A stretch of 64,000 nt of DNA. Source: Octopus vulgaris. Taxonomy: Eukaryota. The notes under the pieces were generated by a model. The model saw nothing but the letters and a program-made list of their open reading frames with translations. It had not been told where the DNA came from and made no database searches. Positions 61,401-64,000 of the stretch are shown piece by piece. A program made the translations under genes and the position numbers. Each line of letters begins with the position of its first letter. Within the stretch, counting starts at the first letter, position 1. The DNA is taken from positions 45,012,001 through 45,076,000 of the forward strand of contig OX597830.1 in NCBI GenBank assembly GCA_951406725.2, in the 5' to 3' direction.

Positions 61401-63993
61401 ACCTGGAAGATCCGTCGCTGCTTGACCATGTTCACAATGGAGCGTTCGGAAATTCCAACCTATATGTATCTGCTAGCTCAAAGCGACTCAGCAGATCCTG
61501 GAAGCAAGGAACACTTTTTCTATCAGAACGCGAGCCAACATAATCTACGCGTGCTACGCAGATTGTGTTATAGTCTCCTAGCACAACTAGAGAATGTGAT
61601 GTACCAAGAAACTTCTCCAGGTTCCGAAAATACTCACTTTGCCCTTTTCTTGTGGGTGTATAAATTGCAACCAGTCTGATAATCTTACCACGGCTGAGCG
61701 TCAAGTCCATGACGACCAGCCTACCTTCTGGGTCTGAAACAAATTAACTTTTTCTCAGAAACCCGGTTTTTTTTACAGGACCAACACCCCGCTCCCGCCT
61801 ATAGGACAGCCCGGAGAGGAAAAACTCTTGTAACCATCTAAAAGCGGGAGCAGTTCTCTTGGCCCCGTTAACTGGGTTTCCGTAGCAACAATAACATCCA
61901 AATTGTGCGACCTGATGTCATTAAGGAAGCGACTTTGCTTCCAGCTTGACACCAGGCTATGCACATTTATACAACCTACGTGAATGCTAACCATTACTTA
62001 CTTCATTCTCCTCTTTTTCCTTTTCTCGGGCTCGTGGGATATTTTGACATAGGCCCTCGTACATGGACTTGCTGAAGTCCAGCCTTGGAGGGTCCATGTC
62101 TGTGGAGTGGTAAGCCTTCAACATTTGAAGGTTACGCGAGTCAATAGTATAAATTGCAATACATTCCGGAAGCTTTACATAATGTTTTTTGTATTTCTCC
62201 GCTGTCGGAATGGTTTTAAGTCGTGTCGTTAATTTTTAATTTTTTGCGTTAATCGCCACTAAGTAAAGTTTGTTTTATAATAATAATAATTGTGTACAGT
62301 GCTCAGGTGCACTACAACTCATCTAAAGTGTATATATAATCAGGTGTAGTTTCGGCGGATTTCGGAAAGCATGAGGGCCTTAAAAGATGCAGTGTCATGG
62401 CAGTCAACAACTGACGCAGGCAGTTTATTCCATGCTTCAGCAACTCTGAGCGTGAAAAAATGTTTCCGAAAGTCATGGGAGCTGTATTGTTTTCTGACTT
62501 TGTAGGCATGTCCACGTGTGTTAGACACATGGAGATCAAAAAGGTGTTCAGTGTTGTTGTTGGTGAGGTGGTTGATAACTTTGTGGGTGATAACTTTTCT
62601 GTCGCCATGTTTTGGGACTCTTTCTTAGGACTAGAAGGGAGGGATGATTTTCTGGGGCTGGGAGGAGGGGATATCCGGGGGCTGGAGCGGGGATATCAGT
62701 GCTGAAAGGAGGGGATATCATCATTTTTTAGGTGAGTAGTGGATAGAAGGGGCAGTCTGTACTCCGTGTGTGTCTGCGTAGGGGAATTTTTTTGTTTGTG
62801 CTGAGAGTTGAGGGGATGGGATTGGGATTCTTTCTTTTTGGGACCTTTCTACTTTTTACAACTGACCATTCGTATGCTGTTCCCTCACTCCTGGCTGGTT
62901 GAATATTTTCACTTCTGGGAGTTTTGTGAGTTGACCTCCTGCCTCTCTGCCTTTTCTGTATTATTTTTTGTTGTCGTCTCCACCTTACGGGTAGGGCAAT
63001 TTGCCCGAATGTGGCCCTTTTCCACACACTCGTAGCAACGGGGTCTTCTCCCCTCTACCATTACCCGCATGATGGTTTCTTCTCCCAAGTAAATGTTCTT
63101 CGCAATCTCTTGCAGCGTTTGTGGGGGCCACTTGAATAATTACTTCTAGGCCCTGTCCCTTCCAGTTTTGCTGGTTGATCTTCGAGGCCTCCAGCACAAT
63201 AATTTTGTCTTCAAGCCCCATTATAAGGGCTGCCTATAACCAGGTAATATCTATTTCTGGCGGGATCTCGTCGACTGTTATGCGTGACGTGTGTCTGCTT
63301 AAATAAGTTGGCAGCAACACGATATCTGCTGTTTTTAATGGTTTTACTGAATGTATCCTTGCTTTCTCTTCGCTTTTGAAGTAGACCACAATGGTCGCGA
63401 ATCTTTTTCCCCTGGTCAGATTGGTTGGAAGCATTTCTCCAGATCCTCTTTTGACGCCTTACCGACTTTTTCCCTTTATAGTAAGGCTTTTAAACACTAT
63501 AATTTTTTTTGCAGTGTTTTCAATAATTTCACAAGGGAGGGTGTCTTTTGCATCATTTCCCTCCCCGGCAAAAATATTTTGGTGTTGCATTAGCGCTTCA
63601 GGTTCAATATTTAGCCTTTCTTTCTGAATGCCAGCCGCCGCTGCAAAATTAATTTTCTTAGGTTGTGCCATCAACTCTTCTGTCGTAGGCGCTTAAGATT
63701 TTCGAACTTTCAGATTCTTCAGCTTTCTTCCCGACACTGGGCATTTTTCTGCACTTTTCCATTTTATCCTCTTCAGAGGAAGTATTCATATTTTTTTGGG
63801 GAAAAAAAGAAACCAGATAATTAGTTAATTCTCCCCTCACAGAGTGGAATCAAGTCCACTACGTCTGCGAAACGCAGAACGTAATTGATATAAGAGAACA
63901 ACACAAGAAGAAAAGAGCTCAACAGTACCAGTAACGACAGCAGTTTCACCAAGCACACCAACAAAAATTCAATAATGCGATCCGGCAATATTA
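58441..63993 (-). mobile_element. Near full-length decayed Tx1-clade LINE (ORF1 CCHC; ORF2 APE-RT-zf)
   Basis: ORF1 about 63840-62000 (FAAAA, VMVEGRRPRCYECVEKGHIRANCP). ORF2 61994-58640 (GCINVHSL..ATET, VLGDYN, SRYLDRVL, DHNMV, GYWKLN, DQSKAF, AYADDITI, CPRC..ETVLHAVVQC). Tail aaataaaaa at 58441. Confidence 0.92.
62278..62600 (-). mobile_element. CR1-like 3' end inserted into Tx1 ORF1
   Basis: SNTRGHAYKVRKQYSSHDFRKHFFTLRVAEAWNKLP; gtgcacctgagcactgtacacaattattatt tail, the same as 19296-19345. Confidence 0.85.
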
Positions 63994-64000
63994 AAGTTAA

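Overview
AT-rich, repeat-dense animal genomic DNA. The SINE/RTE repertoire suggests a coleoid cephalopod, probably Octopus; this is an inference. Positions 2373-45532 (minus strand) carry the first 16 coding exons of a spatacsin (SPG11) gene. I joined them by hand into an uninterrupted 3406-nt frame (about 1135 codons) with consistent intron phases, and the gene continues off the left edge. Intron 3 is a GT-AG U12-type (minor spliceosome) intron. A CLEAR/M-box-like motif overlapping an AUG-UGA sits 10 nt upstream of the ATG. Introns and the upstream region are filled with decayed mobile DNA: a maT (DD37D) transposon, Helitron pieces, RTE, CR1-like and R4/Dong-like LINEs, a Mag-type Ty3/gypsy element, piggyBac and pogo-type MITEs, and two SINE families. 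The most unusual region is 52.6-64 kb. It holds two Tx1-clade LINEs and two ORF1-only (HAL1-like) relatives, and all four carry a covarying 3'-UTR hairpin whose GGGG loop pairs with a downstream CCCC segment (putative H-type pseudoknot). The full-length LINE and the full-length ORF1-only element share an 18-nt 5'-terminal motif, and a Meta-domain-like SINE shares their 3' tail. Comparisons with human SPG11 and with published element consensus sequences are from memory and need alignment.
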